64,000 nucleotides of DNA. Source: Negaprion brevirostris. Taxonomy: Eukaryota. The notes under the pieces were generated by a model that did no database searches, had not been told where the DNA came from, and saw nothing but the letters and a program-made list of their open reading frames with translations. The DNA lies in assembly GCA_030324005.1 (NCBI GenBank), contig JARDVH010000025.1:50130495-50194494 (forward strand), written 5' to 3'. Of the stretch, positions 1-11,971 are shown piece after piece (the stretch's first letter is position 1; every line of letters begins with the position of its first letter). The translations under genes were made by a program, and so were the position numbers.

Positions 1-180
1 TGTGCAGTGCTTTATGGACTCCCAATCTCTGAACTTCTGCTTCTTTATTGGCTCCCTCTCTCTGAATTCATACTGCTTTATGTGCTCCCTCTTTCTATGA
101 ACCTCCACTGTTTAATGGGCTCCCTCTCTCTCTTAACTTTTGCTGCTTTATGGGCTCTCTCTCTGAATTCCCTCCTAAAA
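1..180 (+). repeat. Degenerate ~33-35 bp tandem repeat, about 5 copies
   Basis: Recurring unit similar to tgctttatgggctccctctctctgaa(t/c)ttc at ~8, ~42, ~75, ~110 and ~145. Confidence 0.6.
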
Positions 181-434
181 CCTTGTTTCCTTACCTGCTT
201 GGGCTGACTTTCAAAGGGTACTCAAGATCTATCATTTTGACAAAGATCTTCTAATCTATCCCTTCTTGGCTAAGTATTCAGTGTCCTTGTGGCTGTTTGT
301 GAAGCATTTGCAATTTTTTTCTTTATACTATAGTGGTAAATATAGATTAACATTGATGTTTTATTAAATGTTAGATTTGATGGCACAGTAAGTTATACAA
401 ATTTTTAATATTTTTGATTTTTTTTAACCTTTAG

Positions 435-478
435 TGTAACCAGACCTTCAGCAGTTTCGTTGTCCAAGCATTACAAGG
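435..478 (+). other. Candidate 44-nt internal exon of an unidentified upstream gene
   Basis: Long T-rich tract ending ..aacctttAG (433-434) and donor AGG|GTAATT at 479. Two frames are open (CNQTFSSFVVQALQG or VTRPSAVSLSKHYK). No homology recognised. Confidence 0.3.
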
Positions 479-2865
479 GTAATTTTCAAGATCAGCTGTC
501 TGTTGTACTTACCCAATTTTCATCCCATTGATTTTATGGAATGTGTACAAGACATATGTGTAACAGCTGTGCTAATATGACAGATTGGTGAGAAACAATA
601 GGGACCAATAAATTGGAGTACAGAGAAATAGACTTCAACAGTTATGATTAACTCGTTAGAATAATGGATAACTGAAAATTAGAAATGAGTAAGTATCTTG
701 TGTATAGTTCAAACAAGAAAGAAAACAAATAGTCAGAAAATGAGTTATTAAAAAAACCCAACTGCACACTGAGCCACCTGTGACATCTTATGGATCAATA
801 TAATTTGAACAAATAAATCATTTTTGGTGCCCAGAGTGCTAGGAGACAGAAAAGTTGAACTTTCACTACACCGAAGGCAATAATAGTATTTAATTTACAA
901 CATCAGGATGAATTGAAATACTTTCTTCATAAAATCTTCCTTTGAAATGCTGGCTATAATAGCAGAAGAGCTGTGAACCAATAAATTGTATTTTGTTCAA
1001 ATATTGCAATTAATCTAAATTTGTCACTGTGTCATGATGCCTTATATGAAAGGATGCACTTGAAATCTCTTTTGGATAAATAGTCTTGGTTTACTGTGCT
1101 GCTTATTACACTTTTAGAAAATAATGTTGTTGCTGTTGAGTACTACCATCATTCTGTACTATACATGCAAAACAAAAACCATTGTCAGTGCTCATGTTGC
1201 AGTTAGTTTTCTAGATTATTACATTTGCTAGCTGTCTAAACAAATTAGGAATAATTAATCAGGTAATGATATTTTAGATTTAATTTGCTACTTATAATGC
1301 TTTCTGTGCTCTGCATAAATATTGGTTTAATGCTTACGCTAATATTTTTAAATGCAGTCAATGTTCTGGAAAGTCCATATTGCAGCATATTATTATTTGG
1401 CCTGTTCTCAAAGTAGCTCAGTGATGTACATAAATCCTTGTAATGAATCAAAGGAGGCAGAACAATTGTGCATCATGTATACATTAGTGTGATGACAGGA
1501 TAAAAGGAAAATATTATTCTGCATATGATTAACTGAAAGAATTACAAAACGTTTGAGATCAAAAAGCATCTATCTCTTTGAAGCTGATCAGCACAATTTA
1601 AAAACAATTATCAAAGACAATGTTTTGTCAGCTGCGTTTAACAGTATCAGCCGAGTACAAACAAGACAATTCTTTATTTTTGTGCCTGCAAATACACTCC
1701 CATTTAATTTTAATATTATAGAATTTTCAGACAAGATAATATTGGAATTCTCAAAACAATCATATATATTATTCACAAATTTGTTTTGGTTACATAAACA
1801 TTGAATATTCAAACTACTGCAAATAAAAGTTAATGAAGTTGACAATTCTGCCAAACATTTTCCAATTTTTGTTTATCTTTACTGATTGTTGATAGCTACT
1901 CCGTTGACTTGACGAAGCAACAGAACCATATAGATTAGGAAGGTTACTTCCTGGTCTGTGTTGAGTGGTTATCTTAGCTGAAGCAGTGGTAGGGATGCTG
2001 CAGTTGGGCCTGAAAGTTTAGGGCTCTTGAAGTGGAATGGAGATAGCTGAGCCCTAAAAATACCAGTACTGGGCAGCATGTCCTCTTCAGGATGCCATTC
2101 CAGCCTTCAGTCATTTTGCAGGAGACAAGATTAGACCCAGGGAAAGGCACACCCTCTTCCCCACCCAGAGAACAGCAGATGATTAGGCTGAGTAAGACTA
2201 TTGCTAAAGGTCGGTTAGGTGAGATGGTCAGTTTCTCAACACAACAGGGAGGAGGTTAATTGCCTAGAGACAGTCCCCAGGGACAGGTTGGGATGACTGA
2301 ATTCCTGGTAGATCTATAGCCCCTTCCTATCTGCGTGGGTAAGAATTCATCTTAAAATTACCCTGTAAAAGAAGTTTCCCCACCTCTTGCAGTGATGGTC
2401 TGGCTGTTTTTATTTTTTCCTGTTAATTTTATTTTTAAAATTGAGGCAGCACCTTTTTGTTGAAGGAGTTTCCCAGTTATTTGCCTTTTCCTACAGCCAG
2501 TTGCTTTTCTGAAACTGGAAGACTTCTGATTGGCCCTCGAGCTCTGAAAGCCTGCCCTGACTGAAACAGAAACCCATCTCCAGGCCAGTTAAGGGCTTAC
2601 GTACACTTCTTATCTGAAAACAAACCTATCTTTGTTTCCTGCCTCTGTGGCAAAACTTTAGCCCTTAATCTCAGCAGACCAGGGTTCCGGTAAACAGGAT
2701 TATGGTAACTAATACAGATTGCATCATGCATTCTTTTATTCATTATGGTGTTGAGTGACCTTGCAAAACCCAAATTAAGCATTAGGGAGCAGGTTATTAG
2801 CGACTAAGTATCAATTGATGTCACTGACACCTTTCATAGCTTTCTTAATGATTAGGAATAGACAG

Positions 2866-3590
2866 GAAGAATAGAAAAGCAGGATATTTAAATGAAGAGA
2901 TACAGCAGAATGCATGTCTTTGTACATTAACCACAATAGTATGCAGGTCCAGCAAGTAATTAAGAAGGCTAATGGAATATTGTCCTTTATTGCAAAAGGA
3001 ATGGAGTATAAAAGTAGGGATGTCTTGCTACAGTTCTACAGAACATTAGTGAGAGATTTGGTGTCAATACTTAATGAAGGATATACTTGCATTGGAAGTA
3101 GTTCAGAGAAGGTTCGTTAGGCTGATTCCTAAAGACAGAAGGGTTGGCTTATGAGGAAAGGTTGAACAGGTTGGGCCTACATTAATTAGAAATTACAAGA
3201 AGAAGCGATCTTATTGCAACATAAGATTCTAAGATGGCTTGATGGATGCTAAGAGGCTTTGCCGCTCATGGGGAAATCTAGAACTAGGGCTCATGATTTA
3301 AAATGAGTGATCTCACATTTAAGATGGAGCTGAGGAGGATCTTTTTCTTTCAGAGGGCCGTTAGATCTAGTGAAATTCACTTCCATAGAGAGCACTGGAG
3401 GCTGGGTCATTGAATATATTTAAGGCTGAATTTGATCAATTTTGATTGACAAGGAAGTCAACGGTTTTGGAAGACCAACAGGAAAGTGGAGTTAAGACGA
3501 CAATCAGATCAACCTTCTGTTATTGAATTGTGGGTTGGGCTCAAAAAACTGAACGGCCTGTTCATGCTCCTTATTATCTTATTATCTTAG
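2866..3590 (+). mobile_element. CR1-type LINE 3' fragment (HER1-like), decayed
   Basis: Peptide QVQQVIKKANGILSFIAKGMEYKSRDVLLQFYRTLVR is typical of the CR1 ORF2 C-terminal part. Ends in a ggcct..tgctcct tail with short (attatctt) repeats. Confidence 0.8.
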
Positions 3591-3594
3591 ATTC

Positions 3595-3810
3595 TTGGGC
3601 TGGTAATTAGCTGGATTGGATTTATCAAGCTTCTTGTAGACATTACTTTGTTAGGTAAATACCAGTGAAGTAACTGCACTTAAATATCTTGGCTATTGGT
3701 ACAGCTATGTCTTGGGTACTACAGCAAAGATGTTGTCAGGTCCCAGAACTTTTGCTGTAACCAGTGCATTTGTACCCTTTTTGACATCAACAAAATGAAT
3801 CAAATTGGCA
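3595..3810 (-). mobile_element. Fragment of the second abundant CR1-like LINE family
   Basis: Reverse complement resembles 49140-49380 of the long LINE copy in this window. Confidence 0.55.
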
Positions 3811-3814
3811 TAGG

Positions 3815-4320
3815 GCAATGCCAACACAGCAGGGGCTGATTGGTGGGGATGGGTTTCCCGCTGAGCGAGAGAGTAGGGTGATTGGGGCTGGACATTGGTG
3901 TGGGGGGAAGTGGGGTAGGGGTTGTGGAGGGAGGTCAGGACTGGGGTGGGGGGTGGAGTAGCTGGGACTGTCAGGGGAGAATGGGAGGGTGTTGGGGAGA
4001 TCAGGATGGGATGGGGCGGGGTGGAGAGTTCGGGACTTGCCCAGAGAGGTCGAAATGTCGGGGAATCCAGCGATCAGGGAGGGGAGGCGGGGAGTTGGTG
4101 GGGGAGTTGGAGAGGCAGTGATGCAAGGTCGTGGGGCTGGACAGCAATCGGGCTGGCCAGTAATTCAGAGGGCAGCAATGCCGATCCACTGCGGGTGTGC
4201 CGATTTTGGCGCTGACAGATTGGCGCATATGCAGTGGCCCACTTAGCACTATGCTGCCAGCCTCTCCAGTGGGAATAGGCCTCCACACCACCCATCTGAT
4301 TTTCAGCATGAATCTCTCTG
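3815..4320. repeat. G-rich dispersed element, probably a non-autonomous DNA transposon
   Basis: Many G-runs (3835-4140). Similar composition to the C-rich elements at 60011-60470 and 63480-64000. Confidence 0.4.
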
Positions 4321-4996
4321 AGGCAATGCAGTTTTTAGAGTTGCAATTTTATGATCCTAAGGAGACAATTACCCTGGAGATGAATGAGTCACAGAAAGGG
4401 CTGGGCAGAGGCATACTATAAAAAGGCAAACTGATTGCATTTGCTTCTAAATATCTGTCTGTAACACAATCCACTACTCCAACTTTGGCAGGAAACATTA
4501 GTTTTAACGTTTGAAATCATGGCAAAAAGTTTATAGTGGGGACAGATCACATGCCACTGGAGATGAAAACCAATGTGTGCTGTCAAGATTGCAATGTCTC
4601 TTGATAAAGTCTTAAAGTTATGTTTATGAGATTAGGTACAAGCCAGACAACTTGATGATACACTTAGCAGATTGTCTAACCCAAAAAAAAAGATATGTCC
4701 TTAGATCAACAAGTTGACTCTATTTACACTGAAATTGAAAATTCTCCAAATTGATCCAGTACATTTTGTGCAAAGCAAATGCCAGCAGCTACAAGAAGAT
4801 GTGGTAAAAGATTCCACACTGCAGAAGCTGTGGAAAAACATTATTGAAAGATGGCTGGATTCAATTCAGCATGTCCATGAACATGTGCAACTATTTTGAC
4901 CTTATTAGGACAAGCTCTGTATCTCCTCTTTAAAGCAAGATCATCATACCAGAATCTTTGTAACCTGATACTCTTCAATAACTTCATCTCTCACAC

Positions 4997-5290
4997 GGCT
5001 GAGATCAAGTGTAGTATTGATATGCTATACTTGGTTGAAGTCAGTAGGTTACATTTTAGCTTCATTTGAAGCAATTTTTAAAAGTGACATCTTGGCCTTT
5101 TGGCTAAGGTACAAATGAAATCAAGCCTTGGAGGAGGAGCTATGCCTACTCCAATCAGCTTGGATCATGTAGATCGAGTCCAAGATAGGAGGTGAGAGTC
5201 CTGTCTTGTCAGCTTGGATTGGGAATGTCTCAAATTGTTGAGACTCTGAATTGGACTTGATTTGATTGAATTGGAGTAAAAACAAAAAAA
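4997..5290 (+). mobile_element. U2 snRNA-headed, poly(A)-tailed retroposon (candidate SINEU-like element)
   Basis: 4997-5017 matches U2 nt 19-39 at 20/21, and 5090-5108 matches U2 nt 7-25 at 18/19. A-rich tail at 5278-5292. 17-bp TSD AACTTCATCTCTCA(C/T)AC at 4980-4996 and 5291-5307. Confidence 0.75.
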
Positions 5291-5599
5291 AACTTCATCT
5301 CTCATACATGGACATAGATTGGAAGAGAAGTCTCCCAAGAAAGACAGTATATTGGCCAGGTATGAACAATGACTTTGAAGTTGTCGTCAAGATGCTTGAG
5401 GCATGTCTAGAGCACATGCCAAGTCAGCACAAAGAATCATTGATTCCACATGAAGAACCTATCCATCCTTGGTCCAAAATCACAACCGACCTCTTTCAAT
5501 GACTTAATCATTATCTTCATTGTCAACTACTTGAAGAAGTTTCCCTTTATTCAATAATTGCACAATATATCCAGCACAACAATCTCACACATACTCTAA

Positions 5600-5710
5600 G
5601 GGCAGAATTTTCCCATCCTGTATGCCAGGGGAATTGTCATGGACAGGACGTTGTTGACCTCGGGTGGGATTTACCAGTCTTGGGGAAAGCACGGCTAGAA
5701 AAGCCTGTCC
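5600..5710. mobile_element. ~110-bp MITE, PIF/Harbinger-like, inserted in the Gypsy integrase
   Basis: TAA on both flanks (5597-5599, 5711-5713). Imperfect terminal inverted repeats (TIRs) GGGCAGAATTTTC / GAAAAGCCTGTCC. Related copy at ~60616-60741. Confidence 0.65.
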
Positions 5711-6646
5711 TAACTATTTTTTTTTTCAGTTTATTTAGCGTGCTAGAGATATCATTATGGATAACATTCTGCAATTTGTTGGTAAGCCATTTCAGGATAC
5801 ATGTGGGACTAATCAATCAATCATACTAATTCTTCTCCTCATGACCCTCGATCAAATGGCCTGACTGAAGGACTGATTTACCCAATAACATTCCAAATTC
5901 TCAAATGTAGACAGACCAAGTAAGATCTGCATATTGCAATATTACCTCTGAGATGAATACCTTTAAATGCAACTATTCCTTTGCTGGCAGACCCCATGCT
6001 TGGGCAACCAGTGAGTACCAGTTTATCCACTCTTACCAAATCTACTGTTTCAAAAATTAGAGAAAAACTTTTAAAACTACACAAGAAGATGACCAATGGA
6101 CCCGATAAAATTGCAGGTACAGAATTGTTGAATTTGCAGCTGGGACAATAGGTTCACATCCAAGATCCCACAGAAGGTATAAGGCAACCAGCCAGGGTGA
6201 CAAGGATTTGTTCAGAATCAAAGTCTTGTGAACTCATTACACAAAGGTACAACAATGAACCATAACCAAGGACAAGTCAGATCTACTCTAAATCCTTGAC
6301 CACTATATGGTCTGATTGAATCTAGGATTAGATCCCAAATGTAACCAAGAACAACATCCAGGAATGAAAATCTCACAGAGCACTGTGAAATTTAAAGAAT
6401 TTTGTCATTAAAGAATTTTGGTGGTATGGACAAGTTGGGCTGAAGGGTCTGTTTCCATGCTGTAAACCTCTATGACTCTAAATCTTCAGACAAGGTTACT
6501 ATTATGAGACCTGGGTGGACCAACAATTTATCTTTAGGGACTGAGGTTCATCAATTCCAAACACTTATTGAAATTAAACATAAACATTGTGGTAAACAGT
6601 TATACTTCTTTGGAAAGGAGAAATGTATTTTGAAAAGAAAGGGAGA

Positions 6647-6875
6647 TATCAGCATGACATCACTAGAAGGGAAATGTGTCATCTGATCCAGTTTTGGTTT
6701 CATGTTTCCCTTTGAACAGAGCACACACACACACATCTCCTAATGTCTCCAAACTATACAACTATGCAAGACTGTTCTCATGTGCTTAGCCTTTATAAAT
6801 GAATCCACACTGAGCATTACTGTCTTGTGTCTTCTACAGTAAATAAGTCCAAGGTGTTGTATCATTATAATAACA
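6647..6875 (+). mobile_element. Probable 3' LTR of the Gypsy fossil
   Basis: Starts directly after the polypurine tract and ends ..ataACA. The 5' TG appears mutated to TA. Confidence 0.5.
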
Positions 6876-7110
6876 AGGGCAATTGATGATAATCAGTAGG
6901 AGGTTTCCTTGCCTATGTTTTACCTGATGACATGAGACTCCATTGTGTTTGTAGTCTATGTTGAGGTCTCCAAAGTCCAATTCCTTCAGAAAGTATACCA
7001 CTGTGCCACCATCTTTCGTTCAGTTATGCTGCCAGTGCATCAAAACATGTCCAAGAATGGTGATGGAAGAGTTTGGGGTATTGGCTTTAAGGTATGCCCT
7101 ATGAGTATGA
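6876..7110 (-). mobile_element. CR1-like LINE endonuclease-region fragment
   Basis: Motifs aggtttccttgcc..catgagact..ccactgtgccacc resemble, on the minus strand, the 5' ORF2 region of shark CR1-like LINEs. Confidence 0.5.
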
Positions 7111-8819
7111 CTCTATTCAGTTCTATGTCTCCCCTTGAGTTACTATCATACAATATTTGTAACTCAGAATTCAGCAGCAGCAACATAGGATAGTCATTCT
7201 AAAATTTTCATTACTTTTNNNNNNNNNNNNNNNNNNNNNNNNNNNNNNNNNNNNNNNNNNNNNNNNNNNNNNNNNNNNNNNNNNNNNNNNNNNNNNNNNN
7301 NNNNNNNNNNNNNNNNNNTTTCTCATTCCAACAGCAGCTGGCACCGTTGGAAAAATTTGGAGAGTAGCCAAAATTTTCCTGCCTGTCTGCGATGATGCCC
7401 GCTGCAGGTGTGACTGGAAATTCCCAGCCTTACAGATAAGGAGGAAAATTCTGTAAATATGCTTTGAGGTGGACTTGAAGGAAGGTGCTCCCTATCCCGA
7501 TGATTCTATCATTCCATGATCCCCTTTTGCATAGTTTGATACCAAACCAGCTCAAAATTGAACAATCGTCCTGAGGACTGTGTACATTTCACACCTTAAT
7601 ATATTTTCTCAAGTTGATACACTACAAATTAAATTTGCTGCAGATGTGCAATCAAAATACTGTCAATATTTTTCAAACTTACACAAAAAACACACACAGC
7701 CTATGCTTTCTTTTCTAAAAAAGTGCACAACTTGCTGTTACATTAAGTAATATAAATTTTACTTGGAAAACGAGGCTTAAGAAATATATCCTCTAGCTTT
7801 CCTTTGAATAATCTTGAAAACATAAGTGAACAGTATTTGCTCAAACTTGAAAATATATATGCCAGAGGTTTAATAGACTGTCCAGTTTTTTGATACATTC
7901 TGAGAAATTGGGAACATGATAAGAATAATGCAATGCTTTCTAAGACTCACACACAGCAAGATATCTTGCACATCACCAGTTCACACTGGGAAATTGCAGA
8001 CAAAGTGCCAACATATTTCTGTCCAATGATTTTATGCATGCAGCGTCCACTTTGCTCCAAAATCTTTTTCTGCTCTCTGAAAACGCTGCCACAGTTGGAG
8101 TGGGTAATATGGGAATATGAAAGTGAAACTGAATGGTAGTAATTTTGTAGCACAATTTCTCGGCATTTGTCGGAATAATGATGGAAAAGCATTTGCCATC
8201 ATTACTCCCCTGAAACTAAAAGCATTTAAACTGTCAGTTGTTCTATGCTTCTGCAGTGAGTGTACTGCTGAGTTCCCTCCAGAGGGCAAACAACTCTGGA
8301 TTATTGCACAGAGGAGAATTCCTCTTTCTTTCTGTAATATTGCTCTTAAAAACCTCTGAAAAGTTATGCTTTGTTAATGAGGTGTAATTGAGTTTTTAAT
8401 GACACACTAAGTTACAATGAGCTGAAGAACCCCCTGCCCTTAAAATCTATTTTCTATTTGTGCGTAACATCACTTTTTCCATTAAAACTCCATAGTTTCA
8501 ATCTGATAAAAACTGTTTTTTTTAAGTTTGTTTCTCATGCTTAAGGTTCTAATGTCTATGTCCCAATCTGTATTTAAAACACTGTAAAATTTGTAAAAAT
8601 AGTAGGATAATCTTGCTTCCTGATTTTCTGTCTGTGAATTGATCGGATGCTCAGCTAGCTTGATGGCATCACTGCTGCTGGATATGTGAAGATCCCCTTG
8701 ACCGAGCATTGGTTAAATTAATGTTGAAAAAAAGGTGAAATCAAAAAGGCCGTCTGCATTTATTAATCCAGGCTGGCCAACAGGAGCTTTTTTGTCTACT
8801 AGGACAAAAGATCATGCAA

Positions 8820-9186
8820 GGTGCATCCAACAGTGTGTACCATCCACAAAATGCACGGCAGAAACTCAAAGTTCCTTAGGCAACACCTTCCAAACCTACA
8901 ACTGCTACCATCCAGAAGGACAACAGATACATTGGAAAACCACCATCTGTAAGTTCCCTTCCTAGCCATTCAACATTCTGGCATGGAAATATATGGCCAT
9001 TCTTTCACGTCTGCTAGATCAAAATCCTGGAACCCTCCTTTCCTAACAGCACTGTGGGTGTACCTACACCACAGGGACTGCAGGCTTCAAGAATGCAAAA
9101 TATTATCATCTTCTCAAGGGCAGTTAGGGATGGGCAATATATACTAGCCAGCTAGTAATGCTCATTTCCTGTAAATGACTAAAAAA
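8820..9186 (+). mobile_element. CR1-like LINE 3' end (second family)
   Basis: Matches 50290-50620, with the cttctcaagggcagttagggatgggcaat tail and an A-rich end. Confidence 0.8.
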
Positions 9187-9449
9187 TCATTCCTTTCAAG
9201 TCTTAATGATTGGAACACTTACACATCTCTTATCAAAGACAATGTAGGAAGGTAGGAGTCATGTGATGTAAACCTCTAACTTGTGAAACCAGTTATGTTG
9301 CCTTGCTGTACTGTAACCTTGTTTGGCCATTTTACCATCTGCAAGCAGACTCAGAAAGAAAAGTGCCCAAATTGAATACCTGGCCGTTATTATAGAATCA
9401 ATACTCAATTTCTTATCCACACAACAAAGTGAGTAACAAGGCTGGAATT

Positions 9450-9560
9450 CATAGAATCCCTACAGTGTAGAAGGAGGCCATTTTAGTCCATCAAGCCTGC
9501 ACGGACAACAATCCCACCCACTCCATATCCCCATAACCCTACATATTTACCCTGCTAAAC
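9450..9560 (-). mobile_element. HE1-type SINE 3' fragment
   Basis: atagaatccctacagtgtagaaggaggccatt is the reverse complement of the HE1/CR1-type tail. Confidence 0.7.
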
Positions 9561-10371
9561 TGCGTTTGAATTCATCCTATCTCACATTTGCTGTGGGGTC
9601 ATTAATAGAAAGTTGGATCACACCAAAGCTAAGAGGTTGGGAAAAATGACAACATTTATAAAGGGGGAAGAAAATCAAAACACTTTTTACAAACAAGTGG
9701 AAAGATTGGAAATCAGCACTGTTTAAACTAACCCTTCCACTTCCATAACTAGTGGCCTGAGCACATGTTCATTTCAAACATGGGTTGCTTTACTGCTAAA
9801 TTGGTTATGCATTTTAGCTGCACCATTTTACTCTGGTAAATGATGTTGAATTTCTCTCCCTGTCTCTTTCTGTGAGGAGGAGGCAAAATGGAATACGCTT
9901 GAATACTTTTAATATTGAAATATCACTGTTTGTTTAGGGTCTCATATAGGTTAAAATCTTACAATAGAACCAGCAGAAGGAGATAGTTGAATTCCCAGAC
10001 TTGACAAACATCTCAGGGTAATTATTAATGCTTTCAATCATTTGACTGTGGAAAGGATTACAGATGGTGAGACTTCCTCTTTAATCTGACTATTTAATAG
10101 TTCTAACAGACTGTTCTGCCGCCTGTTCAATACATCAGGGATCCAGCACACCCATCTAATGTGTACACATTTGTTAAACAAACCTATATAATGTGCACTT
10201 TACTGTTAAGTCAAATTGTAACACTGATGAGGGTCATAATGTTGCAAGAACCAGAAATAATGTTCCTCTTCAGTCATTTATTCACCTTTGATGAAGAATA
10301 ATATTACCTTTAGTCACAAAACACCAGACATTATGCGATAAAAGTAAAACAATTATGTGATTTACTTCTAG

Positions 10372-10412
10372 ATTCTTGGCAGTCTTGCTGGTGATGAGTT
10401 TCCCCATAGGAG
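10372..10412 (+). other. Candidate 41-nt internal exon of an unidentified upstream gene
   Basis: tgatttacttctAG acceptor and GAG|GTAACT donor. Phase-compatible with 435-478 and 11972 onward. Confidence 0.3.
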
Positions 10413-10434
10413 GTAACTCTGTGTTACCTCTGTG

Positions 10435-11400
10435 TTAAATACTACATGGTGTGGTGAGGAACCCCATTCTGGCATGGCAGCTTCTGCCACATTTGCTGCA
10501 GAGGAAGACAGGGGGCTGAGAAAGTGCAGAATTTGCTGGCCTCAATGTTTGTCTAAATTCTCTTCTCGGCCAGCTGGACTTTTTGTTTCTGCTCACCTCT
10601 TGCATGCAGAGGTCATGGCCATTGACTGTCTCCAAGGTTTAAATGTTATTGCTCCACCACCTTCACATCTTGTTTTTAGGTATCCTTATGATGGAGATTG
10701 GGATGCCCAGTAGGTTGTGACCCAGTGGCCAGTTCAAGGTACAGAAGGCCATTGGGTATATGGCTGTCATTCATCTGATGAACATGGCCGAACCAACATG
10801 ATCTCAATGGTTTAGCAAGAGCGTATGTTGATTGAATTAGCAATCTCTGATTTGATAATCTGATATGGTCAAGTGATGCCGAGGATATATCTAAGACAAC
10901 AAAGATGAACGCCATTCACCCTTTTCACCTGCCTCGCATATGTTGGCCAATTCCCATCACTGTAGGGGAGCACACTGAGGATACAGGCTTGGTGGACTCA
11001 CAGTTTGCTGCTGCTTGGCACTGTCTTTCTCAGATTGAACATAACAGCTGCATCTTTAGCAATACATGTATTGATTTCAGCATCAATAACAGATTGCTAT
11101 TGACTGTAGAGTCAAGATATGTGAAACTATCAACAACCTCCAGTGTCACATTTCTGATAGATGACAGTATGGCAACATCCTGAACCATGACATTGCCTTC
11201 CTGGCACTGATAGNNNNNNNNNNCAAGTCAAACCTCTTAAAGGTGTGAGACAGTTTGTCCACTTGCCACTGAAGGTTTTCCTCAGGTTGGAGTATGTTAC
11301 ATTGCCAGTGTAAGCAACTCTCTGATGAGCACGTGGTGCACTTTTGTCTTGGAAATCAGGTGGACATAGCTTTCCATCAGTTCTGGAATGCAAGTAGGTT
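10435..11400 (-). mobile_element. RTE-clade LINE 3' fragment, decayed
   Basis: Peptides WFGHVHQMNDSHIPNGLLYLELATG..GHP and C-terminal FLCSKCGRSCHARMGF are typical of RTE ORF2 ends. Confidence 0.8.
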
Positions 11401-11412
11401 CCTTGTGTAGAT

Positions 11413-11725
11413 TTTTTTGTTCATTCGTGGGACATGGCCAACTTTTATTGCTCATCCCTAGTTGCCCTTAGAGGGCAGTTGAGAGTGAACCATGTTGCTG
11501 TAGATCTAGAGTCACACTGTAGGCTAGACCTAGTAAGGACAGCAGATTTCCTTCCCTAAAGGACATTAGTGAACCAGATGGGTTTTTCTGATAATTGACT
11601 ATGGTTTCATGATCATGAGTAGATTCTTAATTCTGGGTTTTTTTATTTTCCACCATGTGTTGTGGCGGGATTCGAACACAGGTCCCTAGAACATCAGCTG
11701 AGTTTCTGGATTAATAGACTTGTGA
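11413..11725 (-). mobile_element. tRNA-headed SINE sharing its 3' tail with the second CR1-like LINE
   Basis: Minus-strand B-box GTTCGAATCCC at ~11667-11677 and a tail equivalent to aagggcaactagggatg..aataa. Partial relatives at 45310-45480, 60750-60912 and 43470-43560. Confidence 0.65.
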
Positions 11726-11971
11726 TAATTCTAAATTCTAAATGTATATAACACAGTAAAAAGTAGAATATGCCAAAGAGCATCAGTGATATATTAGTTC
11801 TGTTTGATTCCTGAGTGGATCTCAAAGGGTTCCGATGTTTTCCCATCTGAACTGACCCTTGCAAGATCGATCCAGTGGTTTATATGTTGTAACATATTTA
11901 GAATAATTGATGCTACTCTTTATTTTGCTTGCTTTCTACATACCCATCTTTCTGACTCTTCACCTCTTCAG

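Larger units (their letters stand above)
4325..6646 (+). mobile_element. Ty3/Gypsy LTR retrotransposon pol fossil (RNase H and integrase), heavily disabled
   Basis: Fragments LQFYDPKETITLE..QKGLG, IAFASK, TDHMPLE, RYKP, LHLS(H)M, VYWPGMN, PWSKITTDLF and PRSNGL.E. Polypurine tract gaaaagaaagggaga at 6632-6646. Many stops and frameshifts. Confidence 0.85.

Noticed and set aside
4997-5108. Functional U2 snRNA gene
   Set aside because: Only two ~20-nt U2 pieces, with no Sm site or 3' stem-loops. Flanked by a TSD and poly(A).
7947-8110. Minus-strand segment ending in a GTGAGT donor with an open frame
   Set aside because: No recognisable peptide, ambiguous acceptor and no partner exons.
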